Assembly (NCBI GenBank): GCA_040005235.1
Contig: JBDTZG010000002.1
Coordinates: 64,001-128,000 of the forward strand
Direction of reading: 5' to 3'
DNA: 64,000 nt
Origin: Acidobacteriota bacterium
Lineage (GTDB): Bacteria > Acidobacteriota > Thermoanaerobaculia > Multivoradales > UBA5704
Numbering within the stretch: position 1 is the first letter of the stretch; the number at the start of each line of letters is the position of its first letter. The position numbers and the translations under genes were made by a program. Under the pieces are notes generated by a model, which made no database searches, was not told where the DNA came from, and saw only the letters and a program-made list of their open reading frames with translations. Below, in pieces: positions 1-9,867 of this stretch.

Positions 1-121
1 CGGAGAGCGAGCGGAACATCAGCCAGCCGAACAGGGCAATGTCCAGGAGCAGGAAAATTCCGAAGGCCACGGTGGCCAGCAACAAGCGGCGCGAGGTGAG
101 CGAGGCGGGGACCTTCGTCAT
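1..121 (-). CDS. Membrane protein N-terminus, runs off the window edge (possibly a sensor kinase)
   Basis: Hand translation from ATG at 121: MTKVPASLTSRRLLLATVAFGIFLLLDIALFGWLMFRSLS..., one TM helix; divergent from the next operon. Confidence 0.55.
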   Translation of the reverse strand, partial: MTKVPASLTSRRLLLATVAFGIFLLLDIALFGWLMFRSLS

Positions 122-210
122 CTAGATAAGGATAGCACCGGGCCGAGCCCTCCCCGGTCTGTTAGCATGCCCGCCGGATCGCCACCCTTTGGGAGTTGTT
201 CGGGCTCGCT

Positions 211-1887
211 ATGAAGAAGAATCCAACGTTCTCGCCAGGGCTTCGGCGTGCGGCGGTCTCGCTCGCCCTTTCGGCGCTCATCCTGTTGCTGACTTCTTGC
301 CGTCCCACGGAAGAATCGTCGACCGCCGCCCGGAGTGCCACGCCGCAAAACGGCGGCAGCGTCGCGATCGCCTGGAGCAACGACATCGCGGGGGTCAACG
401 AGACGATCGTGCCGTCGTCGAACGCCACCAACGACGTCCTGTTCCAGATTTTCGACCATCTGGTTGAAGAACAGCCGGATTTTACCGAGCATGCGCCGAC
501 CTTGGCGCCGCAGCTCGCCAAATCCTGGGAAGCGTCGGAAGACAGGAAGTCGATCACCTTCCACCTGGAGGAAAAGGCGGTCTGGAGCGATGGCGTGCCG
601 ATGACCGCCGAGGACGTCCGCTTCTCCTGGCAGGCGCAGAGCAGCCCGGACGTCGGCTACGGCGACGCCAACGCCAAGCGATACATCACCGACGTCGAGG
701 TGGTCGATCCACATACCGCCCGCTTCCATTTTTCCCGCGCCTACGCCAAGCAGATGCTGGACGCCAATGAAGGCTTGATCCTGCCCAAGCACGCCTGGTC
801 GGCCCTGCCGTTCAAAGAATGGCGCAAGAGCGCCGACTGGTTCCGCGATCATCTGGTGACCAGCGGTCCGTTCCTCCTCGCCTCCTGGAAACCGCAACAG
901 GAGATCGTGCTGACGAAGAACCCGCGCTATTTTCAGCCCGGGCGTCCGCGCCTCGATCGCGCGGTCCTGCGCATCGTTCCTGAGGCTACCAGCGAGGTCG
1001 CCCAGCTGCTCGCGGGCGAAGTCGATTTCGCCACCAACCCGCAGCCGACCGATGCTCCGCGGATCGAGGCGGACAAGAAGCTGGAGCTGCTCGCAATTCC
1101 GTTCCGCAACTTCGTCTTCGTCGCTTGGAACAACCAGCGCGAGCCGTTTCGCGATCCGGAAATCCGGCGCGCGCTCACCCTCGCGATCGATCGCCGGAAG
1201 ATCGTCGACACGCTTTGGGGTCAGTACGCCAACCTCGCCGTTTCGCCGATCCTGTCGTTCATGTGGGCGCACGATAAATCGATCCAGGGCCTGCCGTTCG
1301 ATCCGGCCGAGGCGAGGAAAATCCTCGCCGCAAAGGGCTTCAAGGATACCGACGGCGATGGCGTGATCGAACGCAACGGCAAGCCGTTCCGCTTCGAGCT
1401 GACGACCAATGCCGGCAACCAGCAGCGGGTCGACTCGACGGTGATGATCCAGGCTCAGCTCGCGGCCGTCGGCATCGCCGCCGTGCCGCGGATCGTCGAG
1501 TTCAACGCGTTGTCCGCGAAGCTCGACGAAGGCGACTACGACAGCGTGATCATCGGGTTGGGGATGGATACCAGCCTCGACCTCACCACCCTGCTGCACA
1601 GCCGCTCGATCGGCAACGGCAACAACCTCGCGCGCTACTCGAACCCGGAGGTGGACCGGCTGATCGACGAAGCGGCCGGTGTGCCCAGCGTCGACGCGAT
1701 GGTGCCGCGAGTGCGGCAGATCGAACGGATTTTGGAGCACGATCAGCCGGCCACGTTCCTGTGGGAGTCCAAACGGCTGATGGGGTTGAATCGGCGCATC
1801 CGCGATGCCAAGCCCAGCCCGATCTTCATGCTCTGGAACCTGCGCGACTGGTGGGTCGAGCCGGCCCCGGCCGCCGCCCGGCGCTGA
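211..1887 (+). CDS. Peptide/nickel ABC transporter substrate-binding lipoprotein (family 5, OppA/DppA-like)
   Basis: Lipobox LLTSC; motifs WSDGVPMTAEDVRFSW, SGPFLL, IRRALTLAIDR. Confidence 0.92.
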   Translation: MKKNPTFSPGLRRAAVSLALSALILLLTSCRPTEESSTAARSATPQNGGSVAIAWSNDIAGVNETIVPSSNATNDVLFQIFDHLVEEQPDFTEHAPTLAPQLAKSWEASEDRKSITFHLEEKAVWSDGVPMTAEDVRFSWQAQSSPDVGYGDANAKRYITDVEVVDPHTARFHFSRAYAKQMLDANEGLILPKHAWSALPFKEWRKSADWFRDHLVTSGPFLLASWKPQQEIVLTKNPRYFQPGRPRLDRAVLRIVPEATSEVAQLLAGEVDFATNPQPTDAPRIEADKKLELLAIPFRNFVFVAWNNQREPFRDPEIRRALTLAIDRRKIVDTLWGQYANLAVSPILSFMWAHDKSIQGLPFDPAEARKILAAKGFKDTDGDGVIERNGKPFRFELTTNAGNQQRVDSTVMIQAQLAAVGIAAVPRIVEFNALSAKLDEGDYDSVIIGLGMDTSLDLTTLLHSRSIGNGNNLARYSNPEVDRLIDEAAGVPSVDAMVPRVRQIERILEHDQPATFLWESKRLMGLNRRIRDAKPSPIFMLWNLRDWWVEPAPAAARR

Positions 1888-1915
1888 GGCCGCGTTTTCC
1901 GGTCGCCCCGCCGCC

Positions 1916-2902
1916 GTGATCTCGTTCCTCGTGCGCCGGCTCGGCGCGTCGGTTCTCCTCCTTTGGCTGGTGCTCTCGGCCGTCTTCTTCATTGCCCACG
2001 CGACGCCGGGAGATCCCTCCAAACTATTCGAAGACTCGCGCCTGACGGCGGCCCAAGCGGCGAATCTGCGGCGGATCTACGGCCTCGACCGGCCGCTGAT
2101 CGAGCAGTACGCCCTTTGGCTCAAGGCGGCGGTCCACGGCGATTGGGGGATCTCGATGGTGCAGAACCGCCCGGTGGCAGAGATCCTCGGCGAAGCGGTC
2201 CTGCCCACTTTCGCGCTCGCCACGTCGGCCCTCGCGATCCAGCTCGGCGTCGGCTTTCTGTTCGGCGTCGCCGGGGCGCTCCGCCGTGAACGGCCGCTCG
2301 ATCACGTGCTGCGCGTGCTGTCTCTAATCTTTTTCTCGTTGCCGGTGTTCTGGCTCAGCCTGATGGCGATTCTCCTGTTCGCCGTCCATTGGCCGCTCTT
2401 CCCGGCCGGCGGCATGCGGTCGATCGGCGCGGAATCGCTGTCGCCGCTCGCCCGAGCGCGCGATTTGGTCTGGCACCTCGTCCTGCCCGCTTCGGTCCTA
2501 GGCCTCGCCTTTTCAGGCTTTCTCGCCCGCTACGTCCGCGGCAGCCTGCTGGAGGCGCTCGGCCAGGAGCACATCCGGATGGCGCGGGCGCGCGGGATTT
2601 CCGAACGGCGGATCCTGGGGGTCCATGCCCTCCGCTATGCGCTTTCGCCGGTGATCCAAATTCTCGGGCTGACGATCCCGGCGCTGCTTTCCGGCTCGCT
2701 GATCACCGAGGTGGTCTTCTCCTGGCCGGGGCTCGGGCGGGTTGGATTCGAAGCCGTGACCGGACGCGACTATCCGGTCATCCTGGCGACCACCGCATTT
2801 GCGGCGACCCTGGTGATCCTCTTCAACCTGATCGCCGATCTGACTCTTGCCGCGGTCGATCCTCGCGTGCGCGACGCGCAAGCCACCCGGGCCGCGGCGT
2901 AG
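1916..2902 (+). CDS. Peptide ABC transporter permease (OppB/DppB-like)
   Basis: GTG start; PGDP, YGLDRP, MARARG EAA loop, ITEVVFSWPGLG. Confidence 0.92.
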   Translation: MISFLVRRLGASVLLLWLVLSAVFFIAHATPGDPSKLFEDSRLTAAQAANLRRIYGLDRPLIEQYALWLKAAVHGDWGISMVQNRPVAEILGEAVLPTFALATSALAIQLGVGFLFGVAGALRRERPLDHVLRVLSLIFFSLPVFWLSLMAILLFAVHWPLFPAGGMRSIGAESLSPLARARDLVWHLVLPASVLGLAFSGFLARYVRGSLLEALGQEHIRMARARGISERRILGVHALRYALSPVIQILGLTIPALLSGSLITEVVFSWPGLGRVGFEAVTGRDYPVILATTAFAATLVILFNLIADLTLAAVDPRVRDAQATRAAA

Positions 2903-2911
2903 GACGACGCG

Positions 2912-3907
2912 ATGCCGATGGGCAAGATGAGCGCCACGCTACGTCTGGGTATCGCCTCGGTGGGCCTGATCGGTGCGGTGGCGCTCGGCGCTCCTTGGCT
3001 CGCGCCGTACGATCCGAACGAGCAGCTCGACTCCTCCGCCGCGTTCTTGAAACCGCCGGGAACCCGGCTCGCCGCGATCCATCGGGTCGATGGAGGTTGG
3101 CTGCTCGCCGAAAGCGTGCGCCGGACCCCCGAAGGGCTGGAGGCGGTCCGTCGCGGCGAGACCGTTCGGTTCGCCGCCGCCGAAATCCAAAACCTCACGG
3201 CCGACGGGGTCGCGGACTCCAGGGTTTTCCGCCTGGGCTCCGATCGCTTCGGTCGCGACTTGCTCTCCCGGTTGATTTACGGCGCGCGGGTTTCGTCGGT
3301 GATCGCCATCCTGACCACCGCACTCGCGCTCACCCTGGGCCTCGCGGTGGGCTCGCTCGCGGCGCTCGGAGGCGGCATCCTGGATGCCGTCTTGATGCGC
3401 ATCGTCGACGCCCTGCTCGCTTTTCCCGATCTTTTCCTCCTGGTGGCACTCGCCGCTCTATTTCGCCCCAGCGATGCGCTGGTGGTCGTGGTTCTGGCGG
3501 CGGTGAACTGGATGTCGGTCGCGCGGGTCGCGCGGGCACAGCTGCTGGCCTTGAAGGAACGCGAGTTCGTGCTCGCCGCGCGCGGAATGGGTCGAAGTTG
3601 GCTCGGCATCTGGTGGGATCACCTGTTGCCCAACGCGCTCGGGCCGATCCTCGTTCAGGCCGCTCTGATCGCTGGCTCGACGATCCTGATCGAAGCGGTG
3701 CTCTCGTTCCTCGGGTTGGGCATCCAGCCGCCGCGCGCGAGCTGGGGCAACATGATCGCCGAGGGGCAGAATCTCCTCTCGTCGGCTTGGTGGATCGCCA
3801 CATTTCCCGGGATCGCGATCTGTATCGCGGTGATCTCGTTCCACCTCGTGGGCGACGGCCTGCGCGACCGGTTCGATCCGCGTCTGCGAACGACCGCCGA
3901 CGGCTGA
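2912..3907 (+). CDS. Peptide ABC transporter permease (OppC/DppC-like)
   Basis: LGSDRFGRDLLSRLIYGARVS, EREFVLAAR, LSFLGLGIQPP, SWGNMI. Confidence 0.92.
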   Translation: MPMGKMSATLRLGIASVGLIGAVALGAPWLAPYDPNEQLDSSAAFLKPPGTRLAAIHRVDGGWLLAESVRRTPEGLEAVRRGETVRFAAAEIQNLTADGVADSRVFRLGSDRFGRDLLSRLIYGARVSSVIAILTTALALTLGLAVGSLAALGGGILDAVLMRIVDALLAFPDLFLLVALAALFRPSDALVVVVLAAVNWMSVARVARAQLLALKEREFVLAARGMGRSWLGIWWDHLLPNALGPILVQAALIAGSTILIEAVLSFLGLGIQPPRASWGNMIAEGQNLLSSAWWIATFPGIAICIAVISFHLVGDGLRDRFDPRLRTTADG

Positions 3908-3919
3908 GCCTCGACGACC

Positions 3920-4972
3920 ATGTTGACGCTGGATTTCGACTACGAGCTGCCCGAGGGGGCGATCGCCGAGCGCCCCGCGCCCCGGGGCGAGAGCCGACTG
4001 CTGGTGCTCGATCGCGCGGAGCCCGAGCGCCACGCTCGGGTCCGCGACCTGCCGGGCCTGCTGCGTCCTGGCGATCTCGTGGTGGTCAACGACACCCGCG
4101 TGATCCCTGCGCGCCTGTTCGCCCGGCGGTCGGGTGGGGAGGAAAGCGCGTTCGGCATCGAGCTGCTGCTGGTCGAAAAGCTTGGGGAGCGCGCCTGGGA
4201 GGTGCTGGCAAAGCCGGGGAAGCGAGTCCGTCCGGGCGCGGTTCTCGACCTGGGGGAGGGGCTATCCGCAGAGGTGGTGGCTCTCCGCGACGACGGCCGC
4301 CGGGAGGTCCGGTTCTCTGCGGAAGTCGAGCCGTACCTCGATCGACTCGGCCACGTGCCCCTTCCTCCCTATATCAAGCGAGCGGACGACGAGGCGGACC
4401 GCGAGCGCTACCAGACGGTGTTCGCCAAGCACCCGGGCGCGATCGCGGCGCCGACCGCCGGGCTTCACCTGTCGACCGAAATCCTTGCCGCTCTTGGAGA
4501 GGCCGGGATCGGCCTTGCGAGCGTGACGCTCCACGTCGGCATCGGCACGTTCAAGCCGGTCACCGCGGACCTGGTTCACGAGCACCGGATGGAGCGCGAG
4601 CGCTGGGAGATTGGCGAGCCGACCGCGGCGGCGATCGAGCGGACGAAGCGGAGCGGCGGTCGGATCGTGGCAATTGGCACCACGGTCGTGCGCGCTTTGG
4701 AATCGGCGGCGGCCGAACCGGACGCTCAGGGAAGCACCGGAGAAATCCGCGCCGGGTCAGGCGCCACGCGGTTGTTCATCACGCCGGGCTATTCGTTTCG
4801 CGCGGTGGATGTCCTGATGACCAATTTCCACCTGCCGTGCTCGACGCTGCTGATGCTGGTCTCGGCGTTCGCCGGGAGGGAGCGGATCCTCGCCGCCTAT
4901 CGCGAGGCGATCGATGCCGGATACCGGTTCTATTCGTATGGCGATGCGATGCTGGTCGAACGAGTGGGTTGA
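3920..4972 (+). CDS. queA: S-adenosylmethionine:tRNA ribosyltransferase-isomerase
   Basis: FDYELP, VNDTRVIPARL, PLPPYI, AAPTAGLH, TNFHLP, YRFYSYGDAM. Confidence 0.97.
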   Translation: MLTLDFDYELPEGAIAERPAPRGESRLLVLDRAEPERHARVRDLPGLLRPGDLVVVNDTRVIPARLFARRSGGEESAFGIELLLVEKLGERAWEVLAKPGKRVRPGAVLDLGEGLSAEVVALRDDGRREVRFSAEVEPYLDRLGHVPLPPYIKRADDEADRERYQTVFAKHPGAIAAPTAGLHLSTEILAALGEAGIGLASVTLHVGIGTFKPVTADLVHEHRMERERWEIGEPTAAAIERTKRSGGRIVAIGTTVVRALESAAAEPDAQGSTGEIRAGSGATRLFITPGYSFRAVDVLMTNFHLPCSTLLMLVSAFAGRERILAAYREAIDAGYRFYSYGDAMLVERVG

Positions 4973-4973
4973 A

Positions 4974-6155
4974 TCACTTCTTCCCCAACAATTTCTTATA
5001 GGTCCCGACCAGCGGTTTCAGGCGGACGATCCGTTCGCGCAGCTTCCAGGTGGCGCTCTCCTGGAAATAGGCGATCTCGCCGCGCATGCGGTCGCGCTCG
5101 GCTTCGGCGTTTTCGAGCTTCGCCTTGAGCACGTCGGTGTCGCGCCAGGAGGGGACGAAGCGGTAGAGATACTCGGCGACCGCCCGGCTCTCCGCCAGCA
5201 GGTCGCGCGGCCTGCCGCGATGTTGCTCGATCACCTCGCCGTAGAGCGCGATCAGGTCATCGGTCGATTTTTCGAGATTCGCGGTCTCGCGGATGAAGCG
5301 GCTCGCCGCCGCGGCGTCGGCAGGATCGTACCGTTCGATCTCGGCCAGCAGGAGGTCCGCGTCGAGCCGGCGCTGGAGCGTGCGCAGGCCGAAATTCTCG
5401 CGCCGCAAAGGGGCGACTCTCGCCGCCGTGACCAGCGGTCCGGACCCGGTGGCGTCGCACAGAACCACCGCGGCGCCGACCGCGAGCGCTTCGAGCGCGC
5501 AGCGGGCCTTGGCGAAGATCAGGTCGTACTCGCCGAGCACTTGCTCGGGTACCTGCGCCTCGCGGCCGACGCCCGAACCGATCGCGGCGAATTCGATCCC
5601 GGCGCGCCGACAGGCTTCGGCGCAGATTTCGAGGTGGGTGCCTTGGGTCGCGTAGTTGCTGAACACCAGTGCGCGCTTCGGCTTTTCCGGCAGCGGGGCG
5701 CGTGGACGGAAACGGTCGAGGTCGACGCCGTTTTGCAGCACTCTCACCTGTTCCGGCGGAATCCCCTCCTCCTGCACCAAGCGGTCGCGGCAGGTGTCGT
5801 CGACCGCGACATAGATAAGGATGCGCGGGTGGTGCACGGGGGTCGCCTCGAACGAGTTCCAGGCGTGGGTGACGTGAATCGCCGGGGTGTCGGGAAAGTG
5901 GAGCAGCGCGGTCATCGTCTCCGGATGGTGGTTGCCGTGGATCAGGTCCGGCACCACCGCCATCCGGTCGAGCCGCTCGACCACCGCGACGGTCGACATC
6001 TTGAGCTCGTGAGCGAGGTCGCCTCCTTCGGAGGCGTAGACGATCGGCTCGTGGCCCCGGCGGCGCAGCGCTCGCGCGAGGTCCATCACATACGCTTCAG
6101 AGCCGCTCCGGCGGTTGAGCGTCCGGAGCGTGAGCAGAACGCGGATCGGTTTCAT
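4974..6155 (-). CDS. GT-B fold glycosyltransferase (GT4-like) with C-terminal coiled coil
   Basis: N-terminal GSEAY..DLARAL..RGHE, NGVDLDRF, ALEALAVG. Confidence 0.8.
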   Translation of the reverse strand: MKPIRVLLTLRTLNRRSGSEAYVMDLARALRRRGHEPIVYASEGGDLAHELKMSTVAVVERLDRMAVVPDLIHGNHHPETMTALLHFPDTPAIHVTHAWNSFEATPVHHPRILIYVAVDDTCRDRLVQEEGIPPEQVRVLQNGVDLDRFRPRAPLPEKPKRALVFSNYATQGTHLEICAEACRRAGIEFAAIGSGVGREAQVPEQVLGEYDLIFAKARCALEALAVGAAVVLCDATGSGPLVTAARVAPLRRENFGLRTLQRRLDADLLLAEIERYDPADAAAASRFIRETANLEKSTDDLIALYGEVIEQHRGRPRDLLAESRAVAEYLYRFVPSWRDTDVLKAKLENAEAERDRMRGEIAYFQESATWKLRERIVRLKPLVGTYKKLLGKK

Positions 6156-6165
6156 CGGAGGGCGG

Positions 6166-6951
6166 TCACCCGTTCCCGGCCGCCCAGCCCGCTAGCGCCG
6201 CCGCGATCGGCCGGAGATGCTTTCGGCCGCGAAGCACTTTCTTGTAGTGCCCTTCGGCCACCCGCCGCTCGCCATGGCGTTCGAAGAAAGGCATCTCTTC
6301 ATAGAGCTTCTCGACCGGAATGGAACGTGCCGGCGCCAGGTGCTCGTGGCGAAACGCGATCGGACCGAAGCGCGCAAGCGCCGCTTCGACCTCGCCGGCC
6401 ATCTCAGGGTAAGCGCGTGCCGCGGCGAGCTTCCGCTCAAACGCCGGGTCGTCCAAATAGAGCGAGGGCGGCTCGACGGGCACGTCAAGGCCGTCGCCGG
6501 CCGGGTGCTCTTCGAGCGGAAATTGCAGGTTGAGAAGGCGTCGGCCGTCGCGGGCGAGCCGCGCCACCGCGGCGTTCACTACCAGACGGCAGAGATCGTG
6601 GCTGGGGTTGAACCCCTCCAGCGCATCGCCCGCGACCGTCTCGACCCCGATTTCGCGGATCGCCTCGGCCAGCTCGGCGGCGAGCGCCACGAAGATTTCG
6701 GTCTCGCCGCCCAGCAGGGCGAAATACAGGTCCCGATCGGAGAAACGGCCGTAGATCGAGCCGGGGGTGGCGCCGGCCGCCGCCAGCAGCCGGGTGGTCG
6801 AATCGAGTCTCGGCGCTCCACGCCCCGAGCCGTCGGTCAGCACGAAGACGACCGGCCGAACGCTTTCCAGCCAGCCATGGACGCGCAGCTCATGGCCGGG
6901 ATGAGCGACCACCAGAGCTGTAGGTTGGCAGGGGGGAACGGCTGCTTCCAA
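6166..6951 (-). CDS. Hypothetical protein, LmbE/PIG-L deacetylase-like variant
   Basis: VVAHPGHE resembles HPDDE; LTDGS; FNPSHD resembles HxDH. Confidence 0.55.
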   Translation of the reverse strand: MEAAVPPCQPTALVVAHPGHELRVHGWLESVRPVVFVLTDGSGRGAPRLDSTTRLLAAAGATPGSIYGRFSDRDLYFALLGGETEIFVALAAELAEAIREIGVETVAGDALEGFNPSHDLCRLVVNAAVARLARDGRRLLNLQFPLEEHPAGDGLDVPVEPPSLYLDDPAFERKLAAARAYPEMAGEVEAALARFGPIAFRHEHLAPARSIPVEKLYEEMPFFERHGERRVAEGHYKKVLRGRKHLRPIAAALAGWAAGNG

Positions 6952-7068
6952 GATCTTTGAAGTCTACCAGTCCAGGCGCCCGGCGGGATCCTCCCGAATC
7001 GTCCGCCGCGCTGCGGCATTCCGGTCGTTCCCGTGGTATACATTCCCTTCGAACCGAGGAGGTCTTGG

Positions 7069-8526
7069 ATGTCCGCCGAGCCGATCGCCGCCCCCGTGTT
7101 GCCGCTCACTCCTCCCTCTCCGCTGCCGCCGCCGAACGATGCGTCGGTGCGGGAAGAGATTTCCGAACGTGCCGACACGGTATGGACCGGCTCCGCCCGG
7201 CGCCCCATCGTCACCGCGGTCGGTCGCGCGGCGCTCCGCGGGGCCCACGGCCGGGTGGCGGTGGTCGACGGTTGCCGGACCCCGTTCGCCAAGGCGGGCA
7301 CCGATCTCTCGAACATGGACGTGGTGGACCTAGCGAGCGCCGCGGCCGGTGAGCTGATCGCTCGTTCCGGGATCGACCCGACCGAGATCGACCTGTCAGT
7401 GTTCGGCTGCGTCATCCCGGCTCTGCATGCCCCGAACCTCGGCCGCGAGGTGGTGTTCCGCCTGTCGCTGCCGCACGACGTCGTGGGAACGACGGTCAAC
7501 CTGGCGTGCGCCTCTTCGAACCGGGCGATGACGTTCGGCGCCGAGGCGATCCTTGCGGGCGAAGCCGAGGTGGTGCTCGCGGGCGGGGCGGAGTCGCTCT
7601 CGAACGTGCCGATCCTTTTCTCGAAGAACGCTTCGCGGATGTTCATGGCGCTCTCGAAAGCCAAGACGCTGCCGCAGAAGCTCGCGGCGATCGCCAAGCT
7701 GCGTCCGGCGGACCTGGCGCCCGTGGCCCCGGCGATCGCCGAATACACGACCGGGCAAACGATGGGCGAATCGGCGGAGAAGATGGCGAAAGAAAACGCA
7801 ATCTCCCGCCGCTCTCAAGACGAGATCGCCCTGATGTCGCACCATCGGGCGGCGGCCGCCGCGGCCGACGGGCGCTTCGCCGAGCAGATCGCGACGGTTT
7901 TTCCACCCCCCGGCTACGACCGGCCGGTCGGCAAAGACAACGGCGTGCGCGCCGAGACCTCGATGGAGGCGCTCGCCAAGCTCAAACCGGTGTTCGACCG
8001 CCGTTACGGCACGCTCACAGCGGGCAATTCGAGCCCATTGACCGATGGCGGGTCGGCCGTCCTCTTGATGTCCGAAGACAAGGCAAAAGCGCTCGGCTAC
8101 CGGCCGCTCGGCTACATTCGCAGCTACGCCTTCTCCGCGGTCGATCCGGCCAATCAGCTGCTCCAGGGGCCGGCTTACGCGGCGCCCGCGGCGCTCGACG
8201 CGGCAGGGGTGACGCTCGCCGACCTCGACCTGGTCGAAATGCACGAGGCGTTCGCGGCGCAGATCCTGTCCAACTTGAAGGGCTTCGCGTCGGCCAAATT
8301 CGCCCGCGAGGAGCTGGGACGGAGCGCGCCGCTCGGGGTCGTCGACTTGGACAAATTCAACGTCACCGGCGGTTCGCTCTCGATCGGCCATCCGTTCGGT
8401 GCGACCGGTGCCCGGGCCGCCATTCAACTGCTCTCGGAGCTGCGCCGAAGGAACGCCAACCTCGGTCTGCTGACCGTCTGCGCGGCCGGCGGCACCGGTT
8501 TCGCGATGGTTTTCGAGCGGGAATAG
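7069..8526 (+). CDS. fadI: Acetyl-CoA C-acyltransferase (FadI-type thiolase)
   Basis: GAGGAGG RBS; catalytic LACASS, HEAFA, GHPFGATG, CAAGG. Confidence 0.88.
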   Translation: MSAEPIAAPVLPLTPPSPLPPPNDASVREEISERADTVWTGSARRPIVTAVGRAALRGAHGRVAVVDGCRTPFAKAGTDLSNMDVVDLASAAAGELIARSGIDPTEIDLSVFGCVIPALHAPNLGREVVFRLSLPHDVVGTTVNLACASSNRAMTFGAEAILAGEAEVVLAGGAESLSNVPILFSKNASRMFMALSKAKTLPQKLAAIAKLRPADLAPVAPAIAEYTTGQTMGESAEKMAKENAISRRSQDEIALMSHHRAAAAAADGRFAEQIATVFPPPGYDRPVGKDNGVRAETSMEALAKLKPVFDRRYGTLTAGNSSPLTDGGSAVLLMSEDKAKALGYRPLGYIRSYAFSAVDPANQLLQGPAYAAPAALDAAGVTLADLDLVEMHEAFAAQILSNLKGFASAKFAREELGRSAPLGVVDLDKFNVTGGSLSIGHPFGATGARAAIQLLSELRRRNANLGLLTVCAAGGTGFAMVFERE

Positions 8527-8542
8527 AGGGAGCGCCCCTCCA

Positions 8543-9826
8543 ATGACCGAGCCGCAAAGCCCAGAAGGAGCCGCCGAAGGCTCGGGTGTCTTTGAAGCCA
8601 TCCGAGCTTCCGAAGGGACCGGAGTTTCCGCCCCGCTCGCTGGCGTGCTGGTCGCCGATTTTTCCCGCCACCTCCCGGGTCCGCTTGCCGCCCGCCTGCT
8701 CGCCGATCTCGGCGCCCGCGTGGTCAAGGTCGAAGAGCCGAGCGCTGGAGATCCGGTGCGTACGGCGCCGCCGACGTCTAGAGGCAACGGTGCTCTGGCG
8801 GCTCTGCTGCTCGCCGGAGTGGAGAGCGTGGCGCTCGATTTGAAGCAGCCGTCCGGCCGCGACGTCGCGGATCGGCTGATCGCCCGCGCCGACGTGCTGC
8901 TCGAAACCTTCCGCCCCGGCACGTTCGCTCGCCTGGGCTGGACCCGCGAGGAGCTTCAGCGGCGATTCCCCCGGCTGATCGTCTGCAGCCTCTCGGGCTG
9001 GGGCCAGGACGGGCCGGCCGCTCCGCGCGCGGGGCATGACCTCACGTACCAGGCGGCGGCCGGCCTGCTCGCGCCGATCGTTGGCGCGCCGGTCGGCCCC
9101 CAGCCTCTGCCGGCGGCGCCGATCGCCGACCTCTCCGGCGCCTGGAGCGCCGTTTCGGCGATCCTCGCCGCATTGCTTCAGCGCGAGCGCACCGGACGGG
9201 GCGCCGCGATCGATGCTTCGCTGTTCGATTCCGCGCTCCATTCGAACTTGCTCGGCTGGGCCGCGGAGGCGGGCGGCGCCAAGCCGGTAGGCCAGCCGCT
9301 CGCGCTCACCGGCGATCTGCCCTGCTATGGCATCTACGAGACCGCCGACAAGAAAAAGGTGGTGCTCGCGTTTCTGGAGGCCCACTTCTGGCATCGCTTC
9401 TGCCACGTCGCCGAGCGCCCCGACCTGGCCGGCAACCATCTCGACCGCGGCGCCGGTTTTCGGCGCAAGCTCGAACGGCTGATTCGCCAGCGCACCCGCG
9501 CGCAATGGACGGAGCTGTACGTCGCCCACGACTTGCCCGCAGGCCCGGTGCTCACCGCGGCCGAGGCGCGCGCGAGCGCTCAAGGACAGGCGCGCGGCGT
9601 GGTCAAAAACGGTGCGGACGGCCTGCCGCGGCTCGCCTTCCCCGCCCGCTTCGACGGCCATCGACCCGCCGCGGCCGAACGCCTCCCCATCCTCGGAGCG
9701 GCGACCGAAGATCTGCTCGAAGAGCTCGGCGCCCCCGAAGCCCGCCAGTCCAAGTGGCGCCGCCGAAAAGCGGGTGTAGGGGCGAGCTTTAGCTGGAAGC
9801 GCCTGCTGCGGCAGCTGGTGCCTTAG
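8543..9826 (+). CDS. CaiB/BaiF family III CoA-transferase
   Basis: PLAGVLVADFSRHLPGP, LADLGARVVKVE, ETFRPG, AGHDLTY. Confidence 0.9.
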   Translation: MTEPQSPEGAAEGSGVFEAIRASEGTGVSAPLAGVLVADFSRHLPGPLAARLLADLGARVVKVEEPSAGDPVRTAPPTSRGNGALAALLLAGVESVALDLKQPSGRDVADRLIARADVLLETFRPGTFARLGWTREELQRRFPRLIVCSLSGWGQDGPAAPRAGHDLTYQAAAGLLAPIVGAPVGPQPLPAAPIADLSGAWSAVSAILAALLQRERTGRGAAIDASLFDSALHSNLLGWAAEAGGAKPVGQPLALTGDLPCYGIYETADKKKVVLAFLEAHFWHRFCHVAERPDLAGNHLDRGAGFRRKLERLIRQRTRAQWTELYVAHDLPAGPVLTAAEARASAQGQARGVVKNGADGLPRLAFPARFDGHRPAAAERLPILGAATEDLLEELGAPEARQSKWRRRKAGVGASFSWKRLLRQLVP

Positions 9827-9867
9827 TGTTCCCTGCGGGTGGAAGAAAGGCGTAAGATCGCTTTAGC

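Noticed and set aside
118-5001. Long alternative-frame ORFs (118-2022 -, 2389-5001 +, and similar ones such as 4914-6533, 7396-8922, 17836-19428, 47287-48861, 60295-61977)
   Set aside because: They are shadows of well-supported genes in high-GC DNA, Arg/Pro/Gly-rich and without motifs.
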